64,000 nucleotides of DNA from Desulfuromonadaceae bacterium (GTDB lineage: Bacteria > Desulfobacterota > Desulfuromonadia > Geobacterales > Pseudopelobacteraceae), in the NCBI GenBank assembly GCA_028687585.1, contig JAQTZV010000014.1, forward strand, positions 24,718 through 88,717, written 5' to 3'. Shown here in pieces: positions 19,650 through 29,182 of the stretch (positions within the stretch are counted from its first letter, which is position 1; each line of letters begins with the position of its first letter). Position numbers and translations under genes: made by a program. The notes beneath the pieces were generated by a model that was not told the DNA's origin, searched no databases, and saw only the letters and a program-made list of their open reading frames with translations.

Positions 19650-20285
19650 TTGAATTTTTCAATGACAGTAACTGCAGTTCGAACGTTTTCACTGATCCTG
19701 TTACTCATGCTCTGCTCTGTACCGAGCCGTGCCGCTGAATCTGTTGCGGTTGTCCGCAGCGGCAGCGCCAAAGTGGGAGAACCTGCTCCGACATTCAAGG
19801 TTGAAGCTGTTGCCGGCGCGGAAATCAAGAGTGTCAGCCTTGAGGATTACCGTGGTAAATGGCTGGTGCTTTTTTTCTATCCGGCGGATTTTTCTTTTAT
19901 CTGCCCGACCGAAATCACCGGCTTTAACAAGGAACTGGACCGGTTTAAAAAACTGGACGCTGAGGTTCTTGGGGGGTCAGTAGACAGCAAGTATGCCCAC
20001 CTGGCCTGGATCAAGCGGGGTGACCTGGGAGAACTGAAATACCCACTGTTTTCAGACATGAAAAAAGAGATGGCCGAACGCTACGGAATACTCGACGCAA
20101 AGGAAGGTGTCGCCTTGCGGGGCCTTTTCATTATTGATCCCAATGGGGTCGTTCAATATCAGGTCGTTCATAATCTTTCCGTCGGACGGAGTGTTGAAGA
20201 GGTCCTGAGGGTTCTGGAAGGGCTGCAGACCGCTAACCTCTGCCCCCTGAATTGGAAGCCGGGCCAGAAAACCCTCAACAGATAG
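19650..20285 (+). CDS. Exported typical 2-Cys peroxiredoxin (AhpC/Prx1 type)
   Basis: FFYPADFSFICPTEI peroxidatic Cys motif and ANLCPLNWKPG resolving Cys motif. N-terminal signal peptide ...LLLMLCSVPSRAAES. TTG 19650 lies 6 nt after GGAGG; ATG 19662 is the alternative start. Confidence 0.85.
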   Translation: MNFSMTVTAVRTFSLILLLMLCSVPSRAAESVAVVRSGSAKVGEPAPTFKVEAVAGAEIKSVSLEDYRGKWLVLFFYPADFSFICPTEITGFNKELDRFKKLDAEVLGGSVDSKYAHLAWIKRGDLGELKYPLFSDMKKEMAERYGILDAKEGVALRGLFIIDPNGVVQYQVVHNLSVGRSVEEVLRVLEGLQTANLCPLNWKPGQKTLNR

Positions 20286-20317
20286 TATCAGAATCTAACT
20301 GAACGAGAGGAATCGTC

Positions 20318-21160
20318 ATGCCTTCAACGGGACAAAAAATCGCCGCACTCCTGCAAGCAGCTCAGACATCACCGGAATATGCTGATGTTGTTCCCCTGTT
20401 TATTGGCATATATCAATACATTTCCGGTCGGGAGAAGCAGACCGGCATTTCGGTTGAACTATCACATGACGATGCGGCGGCAAGGATCGATAAAAACATC
20501 CCGCTGCTTGCATTTTCCGATCTGCGGATAAATCGGGAGGTGACTGTTGCCTTTCTGCTCGGGATTGTTGAGGTGTTATCCCGCATAGGTCATGAAAATG
20601 CTGCATACCTTCAGCATATCGGCGCAGCCCTGCAGGAAGGAACCATTGATCCGTCCTCTTTGTATGCCGCAATTATGGAACGCCGTCGAGCGCCGATAAA
20701 TGAACTTTCCGATGTGCTGGCTGTCCCCGCTCCGCTTATTGAGTATATCTTTGAGATACCACTTAAAACCGGGCTCGAACAGTATTCCGCCGGGTATAGA
20801 GCAGATAGTTTTGTCGAGTGGCAGGAGAATTCCTGTCCGATCTGCGGCTCCCGGGCTGGTATGGCAGAGTTATCCGGCGAGGAGGGGCGGCGCTCGCTTT
20901 CATGTTCAACCTGTTCCTTCAGATGGCCGTTCAAACGCCTAACATGTCCCTTTTGCGGCTGTGACGATCCCGAAAAACGATCCTACTTTACCGCCGGAGA
21001 CGGGGCAACGCGGGTTGACACCTGCACGGCCTGCAGTCGCTATATCAAAACTCGGGATTCGCGAAAAACAGACAGCGACGTACCACTAGAGGTTGAGGAT
21101 CTGCTGACGATACATCTTGATCTGCTGGCAGCTAAAGAAGGATTTGAACGAGGCAAATAA
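20318..21160 (+). CDS. fdhE: Formate dehydrogenase accessory protein FdhE
   Basis: Four CxxC pairs (CPICGS, CSTCSF, CPFCGC, CTACSRY) in the FdhE arrangement, within fdh operon context. Confidence 0.85.
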   Translation: MPSTGQKIAALLQAAQTSPEYADVVPLFIGIYQYISGREKQTGISVELSHDDAAARIDKNIPLLAFSDLRINREVTVAFLLGIVEVLSRIGHENAAYLQHIGAALQEGTIDPSSLYAAIMERRRAPINELSDVLAVPAPLIEYIFEIPLKTGLEQYSAGYRADSFVEWQENSCPICGSRAGMAELSGEEGRRSLSCSTCSFRWPFKRLTCPFCGCDDPEKRSYFTAGDGATRVDTCTACSRYIKTRDSRKTDSDVPLEVEDLLTIHLDLLAAKEGFERGK

Positions 21161-21188
21161 ATACAACTCCGGAATAGCGTGGTGAACT

Positions 21189-21863
21189 ATGACAAATAAT
21201 CATGCAAACCTTATTCACGACGTAACTGCTGTTATTCTGGCCGGAGGGCGCTCTTCCCGCATGCAGAGTAACAAGGCACTGCTGCCGTATCGAGGGGGGA
21301 GGTTCATCGAAGCCATCCACCGACTGCTTCAGACAATCTTCCCCGAGGTGATTCTGGTCACCAACAATCCCGAGCAGTACGAGTTTCTCCCCTGCAGAAA
21401 GGTGCCCGACCTGTACGAGGGAATGGGGGTGTTGGCCGGAATCCATTCCGGTCTGTATCACAGCAGCAATCCGGCTATATTTGCTGTTGCGTGCGACATG
21501 CCCTATCTGACGGAAAGCCTGATCAGGTACATTGCTTCCCGGGCTGATGCCGGCGGTGTGCAGCTTCCGGAAAGCCCGGGCGGGCTTGAACCGCTCCATG
21601 CGGCCTACGGCAAGGAATGCCTTGCAGCCATCGAGGCAACTCTGCTGAGCGGCCAGAGGAGAATTGTCTCTTTTTTTGACCGTACCAATGTCAACAAGAT
21701 ACCTGTTGAGCAGGTAGCCCACTTCGACCCCGAATTTGTTTCCTTCATAAACATTAACACTCCTCGCGAGTACTACGATCTTCGAGACAAAGAGCGCATC
21801 AGTGAACAGCACGCCCGCAATAACAGACTCGTGGCGGAATTTTCTCTGAAAGCAGCAGTCTGA
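21189..21863 (+). CDS. mobA: Molybdenum cofactor guanylyltransferase
   Basis: N-terminal VILAGGRSSRM...NKALL motif, about 220 aa, fdh context. Confidence 0.85.
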   Translation: MTNNHANLIHDVTAVILAGGRSSRMQSNKALLPYRGGRFIEAIHRLLQTIFPEVILVTNNPEQYEFLPCRKVPDLYEGMGVLAGIHSGLYHSSNPAIFAVACDMPYLTESLIRYIASRADAGGVQLPESPGGLEPLHAAYGKECLAAIEATLLSGQRRIVSFFDRTNVNKIPVEQVAHFDPEFVSFININTPREYYDLRDKERISEQHARNNRLVAEFSLKAAV

Positions 21864-22125
21864 TACATCCAGCATCACCAGAGATCACCATGCGGATTGT
21901 AGAGAAACACCGTCTCCAGGATGCGGTGAAGTCGTTTACCGGCCTCGTTTCGTATTTTTTTCGTTTTTTCTTTGCCTCGCTGACCCCATTCCTTGTAGTA
22001 TATGCCGGTTGCAAACACCAATTTTACATCAAAGATGAAATCAAGGTGCTGAAGGCGAGCCAACGATGATAGCACTTTGATTTGGAATTGGAATCCATCT
22101 CTATTTTCCGGATACCGATACAAAC

Positions 22126-24459
22126 ATGGACGAACCAAAAAAAGATAAAATGACCAAAGAGCTGCAAGGAATGGCGCTGGGAACCGTCGGCACCTTTATC
22201 CTCCTCGCGTTTCTGACGTATAATGCCGCAGATGTTTCCTGGAACAGCTATTCCAACGAAGGGAATATTCAAAATCTCGGGGGTCGCCTTGGTGCTCAGA
22301 TTGCTGATCTTTTTTTCAGTGGATTTGGCCTGGCATCCTACCTTATTCCACTTGCGTTGCTCTATATAGCCTACACCCTGCTCAGATTCAAAGAGATCCG
22401 GTTACGCTCATACAAGCTGCTGGCGTCGTTCGGACTACTGTTTTCGCTCTCCACGCTGTTCGCATTTTTCCGCATGACTACCATAGTTTTTGAGCAACAG
22501 GTACAGACAGGGGGACTCGTCGGCAAAGTGACCGCCAATTTTCTCAAGGCGGCGGTCGGGCCCTATGGAGCGCTGCTCCTGTTGCTTCCGCTGCTTGCGG
22601 CATCGATCATGGTGCTTTCAAAGTTTTCCTTTATTCTTTTTGCCGGGTGGTGGCTGGAGAACTTTAAACATAAATTTGCCGTTTGGCAGGAACGTCGCGC
22701 CCGTGACCAGAAAGAGCAGCTGAAAGAAAAGGCCAAAAACGTAGGGATGCCTATTGCAGCTACGGGGCCGGTCATCAAACCGATGCCGCCGCCTCCCGCA
22801 AAACCTAACCTGATCAAGAAGGAAAAAGATAAAAAGAAAGAGGACGCCAAGACGGCCGCCGTTCAGGAAACGTTTGAATTCATCAAAGCTGAAGGTGATT
22901 TTCATACGCCGCCATTCTCGCTGCTGGACATACCGCCAGTCACGGAGAAAATGCTCGACAGCGAGGCCCTGACCATGAACGCGCGGCTGCTGGAGAAAAA
23001 ACTCAAAGATTACAACATCGACGGCGAAGTCGTTGAAATCTGCCCCGGCCCGGTCATCACCATGTATGAATACGCCCCGGCCCCCGGCATCAAGATCAGT
23101 AAAATTGCCGGTCTGACTGATGACCTGACCATGGCGCTCCAGGCCATGTCGATCCGCATCGTCGCCCCGATCCCCGGCAAAGGAGTGGTCGGTATCGAGG
23201 TTCCGAATCGCGACCGCGATATGGTGTTCCTGCGGGAAATTTTCAACTGCGAACATTTTTCCCATAGCAAAATGAAGTTGCCGCTTGCTCTTGGAAAAGA
23301 TATCGCCGGGCACCCGGTCGTAACTGACCTGGCTAAGGCGCCGCATCTGCTGGTGGCCGGTTCAACAGGCTCCGGCAAGTCAGTGTCGATCAACACCATG
23401 ATTCTCTCTCTGCTCTACACCTCCACCCCCAAAGATGTGCGCATGATTATGGTTGACCCGAAGATGCTGGAATTCTCCATGTACGAGGGGATTCCGCACC
23501 TGCTGCTGCCGGTCGTGACTGAGCCGAAGAAGGCGTCACTCGCGCTGAAATGGGCGGTAAACGAGATGGAACGCCGCTATGCGCTGTTGTCAGACAAGGG
23601 CGTCCGCAATATAGATTCATACAACAAAAAACTGGCCGCCGAACTCCTCGAACTGGAAGAGCATGGTTCGATATCGGATGCCGAAATTATTGAAGATCTG
23701 GAAGAACTCCGCGAAGGAGGAGTCGCCGATATTGATCCGATCCCGTTTGTCGTTGATGACGGTGACATTCTGGAGCATAGCCACCTCCCGTATATCGTCG
23801 TCATAGTGGACGAGCTGGCCGACCTGATGATGGTTGCCGGGCGTGAAGTCGAGGAGCATATCGCCCGCCTGGCCCAGAAGGCGCGTGCTTCCGGCATTCA
23901 CCTGATTCTGGCGACACAGCGCCCCTCGGTGGATGTCATCACCGGCCTGATCAAAGCCAACCTCCCGTCCCGCATCTCCTTTCAGGTGACCTCAAAAGTG
24001 GATTCGCGCACCATTCTGGATACCAATGGCGCTGAGAGCCTGCTGGGCAATGGCGACATGCTGTATATGCCCCCCGGTTCCTCACGTTTGCAGCGTATTC
24101 ACGGCGCGTTTGTTTCCGACTCCGAAGTTCAGCGGGTGGTTGATTTCCTCAAGAAGCAGGGGAAACCGGTCTATGAAAAATCGATTCTGGAGATGAAGGA
24201 CAGTGATGAAAAGGGAGCCGCAGACGACGAGGAACAGGATGAACGCTGGGAGGATGCGCTGCGGCTGGTTGCAGAAACCAAACAGGCCAGCATCTCGATG
24301 GTACAGCGACGTCTGCGTATCGGCTATAACCGCGCCGCACGCATTGTCGAAATGATGGAAAGTGAAGGAATGATCGCCCATAGTGACGGCACCAGCAAGC
24401 CCCGTGAGATATATATGGAAGTCATTCACGCCTATCTGAATTCGCAGTTGACGAGGTAA
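22126..24459 (+). CDS. ftsK: DNA translocase FtsK
   Basis: N-terminal TM helices, Pro/Lys-rich linker, motor domain with GSTGSGKS Walker A and ATQRPS, C-terminal gamma winged-helix (ASISMVQRRLRIGYNRAARIVE). Confidence 0.95.
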   Translation: MDEPKKDKMTKELQGMALGTVGTFILLAFLTYNAADVSWNSYSNEGNIQNLGGRLGAQIADLFFSGFGLASYLIPLALLYIAYTLLRFKEIRLRSYKLLASFGLLFSLSTLFAFFRMTTIVFEQQVQTGGLVGKVTANFLKAAVGPYGALLLLLPLLAASIMVLSKFSFILFAGWWLENFKHKFAVWQERRARDQKEQLKEKAKNVGMPIAATGPVIKPMPPPPAKPNLIKKEKDKKKEDAKTAAVQETFEFIKAEGDFHTPPFSLLDIPPVTEKMLDSEALTMNARLLEKKLKDYNIDGEVVEICPGPVITMYEYAPAPGIKISKIAGLTDDLTMALQAMSIRIVAPIPGKGVVGIEVPNRDRDMVFLREIFNCEHFSHSKMKLPLALGKDIAGHPVVTDLAKAPHLLVAGSTGSGKSVSINTMILSLLYTSTPKDVRMIMVDPKMLEFSMYEGIPHLLLPVVTEPKKASLALKWAVNEMERRYALLSDKGVRNIDSYNKKLAAELLELEEHGSISDAEIIEDLEELREGGVADIDPIPFVVDDGDILEHSHLPYIVVIVDELADLMMVAGREVEEHIARLAQKARASGIHLILATQRPSVDVITGLIKANLPSRISFQVTSKVDSRTILDTNGAESLLGNGDMLYMPPGSSRLQRIHGAFVSDSEVQRVVDFLKKQGKPVYEKSILEMKDSDEKGAADDEEQDERWEDALRLVAETKQASISMVQRRLRIGYNRAARIVEMMESEGMIAHSDGTSKPREIYMEVIHAYLNSQLTR

Positions 24460-24462
24460 CAC

Positions 24463-25239
24463 ATGAGTTCAATACAAGCCGCCGCTATTCAGTTCAATGT
24501 TAAACAGGGAGATGTTGACGCCAACCTGGCCTACGTCCGGGAGGCGCTTGCACGCGTCGCCGCCCAGGGGGTTAACCTGGCTGTGCTGCCGGAAATGTGG
24601 TCAAGCGGATTTTCATATAAGAATCTGAACAAACTGGCGCTCCGAACCCAGGGGATCGTTGATGAACTGCTGGAACTGTCAAGCAGGCACAAGATGGTAA
24701 TCATCGGCAGCATGCCTGAACCGAACGGCGACAAGGTTTTCAATGCAGTCTATGTCATCGACAATGGTTCTTTGGCCGGGGTCTACCGCAAGATGCACCT
24801 TTTTTCACTTCTGGGGGAGGAGCGCGCTTTTTCCGGCGGCGATTCATGGCTTTGTGCCGAAACGTCGATCGGCAAGGTGGGGGTCATTATCTGTTACGAT
24901 CTGCGCTTTCCTGAACTTTCACGGCGTCTGGCCGTCGAAGGCGCTCAGGTGATCTGCGTCCCGGCGCAGTGGCCCAAGCCGCGGCAGGAACATTGGCGCA
25001 CGCTGCTGCGGGCACGGGCGATGGAAAACCAGCTCTTTATCGTCGCCTGCAACGCCTACGGTATCATCGGCAAACTGGATTTCTTCGGCATGAGCATGAT
25101 TATCGATGCGAAAGGGGAGCTGCTGGCAGAGGCGGGGGATTGCGAGGGGGAGATTGTCGCGTCACTTGACATGCAGGCAATGACCGACTGGCGGGCGCAG
25201 ATTCCCTGCTTTAACGACCGTAAACCGGAGTGCTATTAA
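24463..25239 (+). CDS. Carbon-nitrogen hydrolase (nitrilase-superfamily amidase)
   Basis: Glu-Lys-Cys triad context: LPEMW, YRKMHLF, GVIICYDLRFPE. Confidence 0.85.
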   Translation: MSSIQAAAIQFNVKQGDVDANLAYVREALARVAAQGVNLAVLPEMWSSGFSYKNLNKLALRTQGIVDELLELSSRHKMVIIGSMPEPNGDKVFNAVYVIDNGSLAGVYRKMHLFSLLGEERAFSGGDSWLCAETSIGKVGVIICYDLRFPELSRRLAVEGAQVICVPAQWPKPRQEHWRTLLRARAMENQLFIVACNAYGIIGKLDFFGMSMIIDAKGELLAEAGDCEGEIVASLDMQAMTDWRAQIPCFNDRKPECY

Positions 25240-25247
25240 CTCCTTTT

Positions 25248-26147
25248 TCAAACGTGCAGTTTTTTCAACAGTTCCGGTTTGTGCAGAGAATTGCGCAAAA
25301 TACTCCGCACGGCTTCAACCTGCTCAAAACCCTCAGACTTTGACATGATTCCGCTTTTATATCTCAGACGCAGATTTTTGCGCAGAATGTCTGCAGCAGC
25401 AAGCGCCTTCTCGCCAGTTGGATCCACGTCAAGAAACTTTGAACCTTCCGAGTTATTCAGAAAATCCACCATCGCTTCCCGGGCCATCTGCATGTACTCG
25501 TCCCGATCACTCTCCGACAATTGATACCGCGACTTGCTGGAAAGCGCCTGTACAAGTTTTTGCAGCCGCTCCATACGCGACAGCACCATGATGGAATTAA
25601 AAATTTTCCGGTTGGTACCGAACGAGAAGATGGTCGTGGTCAGCACATTGCGCAGCAAGACATCGTTGGCGCGCCGGTCAGCACGGCAGACAACACGCGC
25701 CAGTTCCCAGATATCCTTCTCGACAAAGGCCTCAAAACGCATCTCCCAATACGTGTGCTTCATGGTAATTGCGGGAAAAGAGCGGATTATTTTATAGGGG
25801 ACGTAGTAATTATGGGCGACCGTATCAGCGGCCAGATGGCAGAGATAGCCATATGCGCAGGCTTTCTGGTGGTCATTTTCGGCCTCTTTTAACAGAGTCC
25901 GCCCGATACCCCAGCGATGACAGTGCAACAGAGAGTGGGTGTATTTCTTCCCGAGCGTAATGTCCGGCGCGATACAGCCATAGAGAAAATCCTTTGGATG
26001 GAGCGCCAGAAGAGCCGCCATGTCACCCGGCAGCAGTCCGGGATTGGCTAGGACCTGAGCCCCCAACTGAAGATGGATACCCCCTCCCCAGGCAAATACA
26101 TCCGTTGGAATCAGGATTGCCGCAATGGCGATTAACAGAAATAGCAT
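25248..26147 (-). CDS. Zinc-dependent phospholipase C-like family protein
   Basis: Signal-like N-terminus ending ...FAWGGGIHL, plus HLAADTVAHN His-rich motifs. Family assignment is from memory. Confidence 0.5.
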   Translation of the reverse strand: MLFLLIAIAAILIPTDVFAWGGGIHLQLGAQVLANPGLLPGDMAALLALHPKDFLYGCIAPDITLGKKYTHSLLHCHRWGIGRTLLKEAENDHQKACAYGYLCHLAADTVAHNYYVPYKIIRSFPAITMKHTYWEMRFEAFVEKDIWELARVVCRADRRANDVLLRNVLTTTIFSFGTNRKIFNSIMVLSRMERLQKLVQALSSKSRYQLSESDRDEYMQMAREAMVDFLNNSEGSKFLDVDPTGEKALAAADILRKNLRLRYKSGIMSKSEGFEQVEAVRSILRNSLHKPELLKKLHV

Positions 26148-26255
26148 ATGGTTCTTTCTTTTGACAGGTTAACTGCTTACTGATAGATTACTGCAACGAT
26201 TGTACGCCATAGTTAGCTCACTTGCATAGAAAATTGACCGGCAGGAGCAGTTCCC

Positions 26256-27047
26256 GTGAATACTTGTTCAAATCGTCACTCCACCCAATCCAGCATGTTC
26301 GCTTCTCTCACGGCATATCTTGAGGATCTTCAGGAAAGCGGTGTCGATGGTATTCCGACAGAGTTGACGGCGGTTACGGAGGCAGAGATTGCACCGTATC
26401 AATCGGTACCTCCTGAGCAGAGCAGTGAAAACGAAGTGAACGGTAATACCGTGCCGAAAAAACATGAGACTCTTGAGCAGATCAGAAAAAATATGGGGGA
26501 TTGTCAACGCTGCAAGCTGGGAGCCACGAGAAAAAATCTGGTATTTGGCGCCGGCAATCCCAAAGCCAGGCTCGTTTTCGTCGGAGAAGGACCGGGCGCC
26601 GATGAGGATGCCCAAGGGGAACCGTTTGTCGGCGATGCCGGAAAAATGTTGAACCGTATTATAGCCGCGATGGAATTAAAACGCGAAGATGTATATATCT
26701 GCAATGTGGTCAAATGCCGCCCGCCGCAGAACCGGCCGCCGGAAACTGATGAAGTTGGCGCCTGTTCCCCCTTCCTCCTGCGACAGCTCCAGTCGATCAG
26801 GCCTGAAGCGATCGTTGCGCTCGGCACATCTGCCGCCCAGGCGCTGCTGCAGACGAAAGTCCCCATATCAAAGCTGCGCAGCAAGTTCCATGATTTTCAC
26901 GGGATTCCCCTCATGCCGACCTATCACCCATCCTATCTGCTCCGCACCGGCGGCAATTCTGATTCATTCTGGAGTGTCTGGGATGACATGACCCAGGTAC
27001 TGCAGTTCCTCAATCTGCCGGTTCCGAATAAAACCCGGAAGAAATAG
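26256..27047 (+). CDS. Uracil-DNA glycosylase, family 4
   Basis: GEGPGADED motif A, CNVVKCRPP, HPSYLLR motif B. GTG start at 26256; an internal ATG at 26295 is also possible. Confidence 0.85.
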   Translation: MNTCSNRHSTQSSMFASLTAYLEDLQESGVDGIPTELTAVTEAEIAPYQSVPPEQSSENEVNGNTVPKKHETLEQIRKNMGDCQRCKLGATRKNLVFGAGNPKARLVFVGEGPGADEDAQGEPFVGDAGKMLNRIIAAMELKREDVYICNVVKCRPPQNRPPETDEVGACSPFLLRQLQSIRPEAIVALGTSAAQALLQTKVPISKLRSKFHDFHGIPLMPTYHPSYLLRTGGNSDSFWSVWDDMTQVLQFLNLPVPNKTRKK

Positions 27048-27058
27048 AAACCGTACCG

Positions 27059-28285
27059 GTGTCCGTAATCATACCCTTTCTTAAAACCATCTTCCCTCCC
27101 TCTCTTCATGACCAGGTTTTCCTCGTCGGCGGTACGGTGCGAGATCTGCTGCTGGGAAGGGACTCCCGCGACACCGATCTGGTGGCGGCTCTTTCCCCTG
27201 AAGAGATCCTTGTCCTCGGTTTTCGCCGTGTAGAAGCGAGCAGCAGCGCAACGATCTACTTCAAACACCACCCCGACTTCGGTAATATTGAAGTAACCCG
27301 CATCAACACTGTCGATGATCTGGCGGGCGATCTTTTCCGTCGCGACTTCACCATCAACGCCATGGCGTACGACATGAACGGCTGTCACCTTGACCCGTTG
27401 GGTGGCAGAGAGGATTTGCACGCGGGGCTTCTTCGAGCGTGCAGCCAACAGAGCTTTACCGGTGACCCGCTACGCGTCTTTCGTGCGTTTCGCTTCGAGG
27501 CCGATGGCTGGCGCATGACCCCGGAAACCGCCGCACTGATCCGGCGAGAAGAGTGGGCGTCCGCCTTCAGCGGCATGCCGATCGAGCGCTTCAGTAGCGA
27601 GTTGCTGAAAGCACTGGCTGGTAAATCCCCTGAGAAATTTTTTCAGCGGATGATCGAGTTCAACGTAGGGGCTGAATTTCTTCCGGAACTGTTCCGGATG
27701 CCGCAGATTCCTGCCGGGCCGCTTCAGCACCACCCGGAGGGCGACCTGTTTACTCATTCCATCCAGGTTTTGCAGCGGGTTGCAACAGTGAGTGCCGACC
27801 AACTGGCCCGTTTTTGCGCACTCTTTCACGACCTCGGCAAACTGGCGACCGATCCCGCGCGGTATCCCAAACACCATGGCCATGATATCTCCGGTTTTGC
27901 CATGGCGGTAGATTTTTGCACGCGTCTCCATCTGTCGACGGAATACCGGAATGCGCTGGCGTGGACCAGTGCTTTGCATGGCAAGGCAAATCTGTGGGAG
28001 ACTCTGCGGGATGCGACAAAAATTTCCATGGCGGAACAGGCAATCAAAGGGGGCATTGTCCAAATATTACCTCTCGTTGCAGCAGCGGACAAAACAGGAA
28101 ATCAGCCGATGGATGGGTGGGACGCTGCCGTCCGGGTCGCCGGAATGAATACAGTGGAACTGGGGATTGATCGGGAGAAGCTGGAAGCCATGCCGATCGG
28201 GAAACGACCGGCATATATGTTACAAAAGCGGATTGAGGCGCTGAAAGGGCTGGAGCCGCCACGGCAAAACCACGGTTTTTCCTGA
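27059..28285 (+). CDS. tRNA nucleotidyltransferase/poly(A) polymerase family protein with HD domain (CCA-adding type)
   Basis: VGGTVRDLLLGRDSRDTDLV head-domain motif and FHDLGK HD motif. Confidence 0.8.
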   Translation: MSVIIPFLKTIFPPSLHDQVFLVGGTVRDLLLGRDSRDTDLVAALSPEEILVLGFRRVEASSSATIYFKHHPDFGNIEVTRINTVDDLAGDLFRRDFTINAMAYDMNGCHLDPLGGREDLHAGLLRACSQQSFTGDPLRVFRAFRFEADGWRMTPETAALIRREEWASAFSGMPIERFSSELLKALAGKSPEKFFQRMIEFNVGAEFLPELFRMPQIPAGPLQHHPEGDLFTHSIQVLQRVATVSADQLARFCALFHDLGKLATDPARYPKHHGHDISGFAMAVDFCTRLHLSTEYRNALAWTSALHGKANLWETLRDATKISMAEQAIKGGIVQILPLVAAADKTGNQPMDGWDAAVRVAGMNTVELGIDREKLEAMPIGKRPAYMLQKRIEALKGLEPPRQNHGFS

Positions 28286-28374
28286 AAATAGCTCCGGTAA
28301 AAAGATGCGGGCCGGAGGAGATCCTTCCCTCCGGCCATGACCCGATACATCAGGATAAGTACGTTCACGAGCCT

Positions 28375-28481
28375 ATTTCTGAAAGAACCTCAGAAATAAG
28401 CTCTAACGTACTAAAAGGAGCACAAATGGCAGTATGTGCTCGTCCAGCCGCCGTAAGCTGCCACCATTACAGGTAGTGTTC
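28375..28481. repeat. Repeat family 1, copy A
   Basis: The core at 28414-28481 aligns by hand to 30121-30189 with about 60 of 69 positions identical and one 1-nt indel. The TTTCTGAAA...AGCTCT flank is also shared. Contains hairpin GAGCACA...TGTGCTC and TGGCAG...CTGCCA complementarity. Confidence 0.7.
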
Positions 28482-28682
28482 CTTCACCTCCGGGCCTTCA
28501 GGTAACGGCATCCAATGGGTAAAAACCGGAACCGTTTTACCCTTTAACATCGCATTACAGGTTGTAATGCTCTGCTTATCTCCAATGCATGAATGATCCT
28601 TGCCAAAAAAATCGTACGGCGTATACAGCACGACCCGTTCATCGTTTTCAGGCAGCTTGTCACTTATATTAACCCATTCCAT
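28467..28682 (-). CDS. DUF551-like (phage-associated) small protein
   Basis: 71 aa: MEWVNISDKLPENDERVVLY...THWMPLPEGP pattern, recalled from DUF551. GGGAGA SD. Confidence 0.6.
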   Translation of the reverse strand: MEWVNISDKLPENDERVVLYTPYDFFGKDHSCIGDKQSITTCNAMLKGKTVPVFTHWMPLPEGPEVKEHYL

Positions 28683-28979
28683 TTCGTTCTCCCTTCGCTG
28701 TTCGATTCAATTCTGATCGTATTATCCATTATTCCCTGTTCAAATCGCCTTGCGCCAGGCCAGCTGCTCTTCAAGCCAGGAATAGAAAGCAACGGTGTCA
28801 GGGCTACAGTGCGGCCTGGCAAGGTCGCATAATCTAGCGGGTGAGAATCCCGCCCCGGAAGGTTGGCCAGCCACCGGGTAGCTAGTCCTTGGAGGCTGCG
28901 TGGTAACATTCAGCTTTAAGCGTAGGACAGCAAGCAGGCAGGCCGTAAGCCGCAAGGTTGAAGGGAATGAGCCCCGTAA

Positions 28980-29140
28980 GGAGAAACATATGGAGAAACA
29001 TATGGGGTCAGCCCTTGACACGAGACAAACTGGCTTTCAGGGAGAAACATATGGGGTCAGCCCTTGACACGAGACAAACTGGCTTTCAGCGGAGAAACAT
29101 ATGGGGTCAGCCCTTGACACGAGACAAACTGGCTTTCAGC
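28980..29140. repeat. Tandem direct repeats: three copies of 49/50 bp plus a 12-bp partial copy
   Basis: The unit GGAGAAACATATGGGGTCAGCCCTTGACACGAGACAAACTGGCTTTCAG(C) occurs at 28992-29040, 29041-29090 and 29091-29140, identical apart from the terminal C, which copy 1 lacks. A partial GGAGAAACATAT lies at 28980-28991. Confidence 0.9.
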
Positions 29141-29182
29141 GGATATTGTTAACATAAATGTCTCATGTCAAGGGCTGACCCC
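29103..29182. repeat. Palindrome with 24-bp arms at the IS110 truncation point
   Basis: GGGGTCAGCCCTTGACACGAGACA (29103-29126) versus the reverse complement of 29159-29182, 23/24 identical. The 32-nt spacer contains TGTTAACA. Confidence 0.85.

Noticed and set aside
21890-22063. 57-aa plus-strand ORF (and the overlapping 87-aa minus-strand ORF) between mobA and ftsK
   Set aside because: Neither has a convincing SD, a recognisable motif, or supporting context. This is more likely the ftsK promoter region.
28426-28476. Short Cys-containing ORFs (MAVCARPAAVSCHHYR in copy A; VAVCACPALCKL... in copy B) behind the AAAGGAG inside repeat family 1
   Set aside because: A 1-nt indel between the two copies changes the frame after 8 codons. 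Conservation is therefore at the nucleotide/structure level, not the protein level.
28741-28990. GC-rich, hairpin-rich 250 nt considered as a cobalamin riboswitch (GGTGAGAATCC at about 28841), a group II intron fragment, or a decayed IS110 C-terminal domain
   Set aside because: - The riboswitch core lacks the flanking GGGAA and B12-box elements.
- No group II intron 5' GUGCG or domain V is present.
- The IS110-like peptide hits (LLSIPG, FSPARLC) sit in different frames and in the wrong order.

The segment is left unassigned.
28980-29140. Possible CRISPR array
   Set aside because: The repeats are contiguous with no spacers, the 49-50-bp unit is too long, and there are no cas genes. It is a plain tandem repeat.
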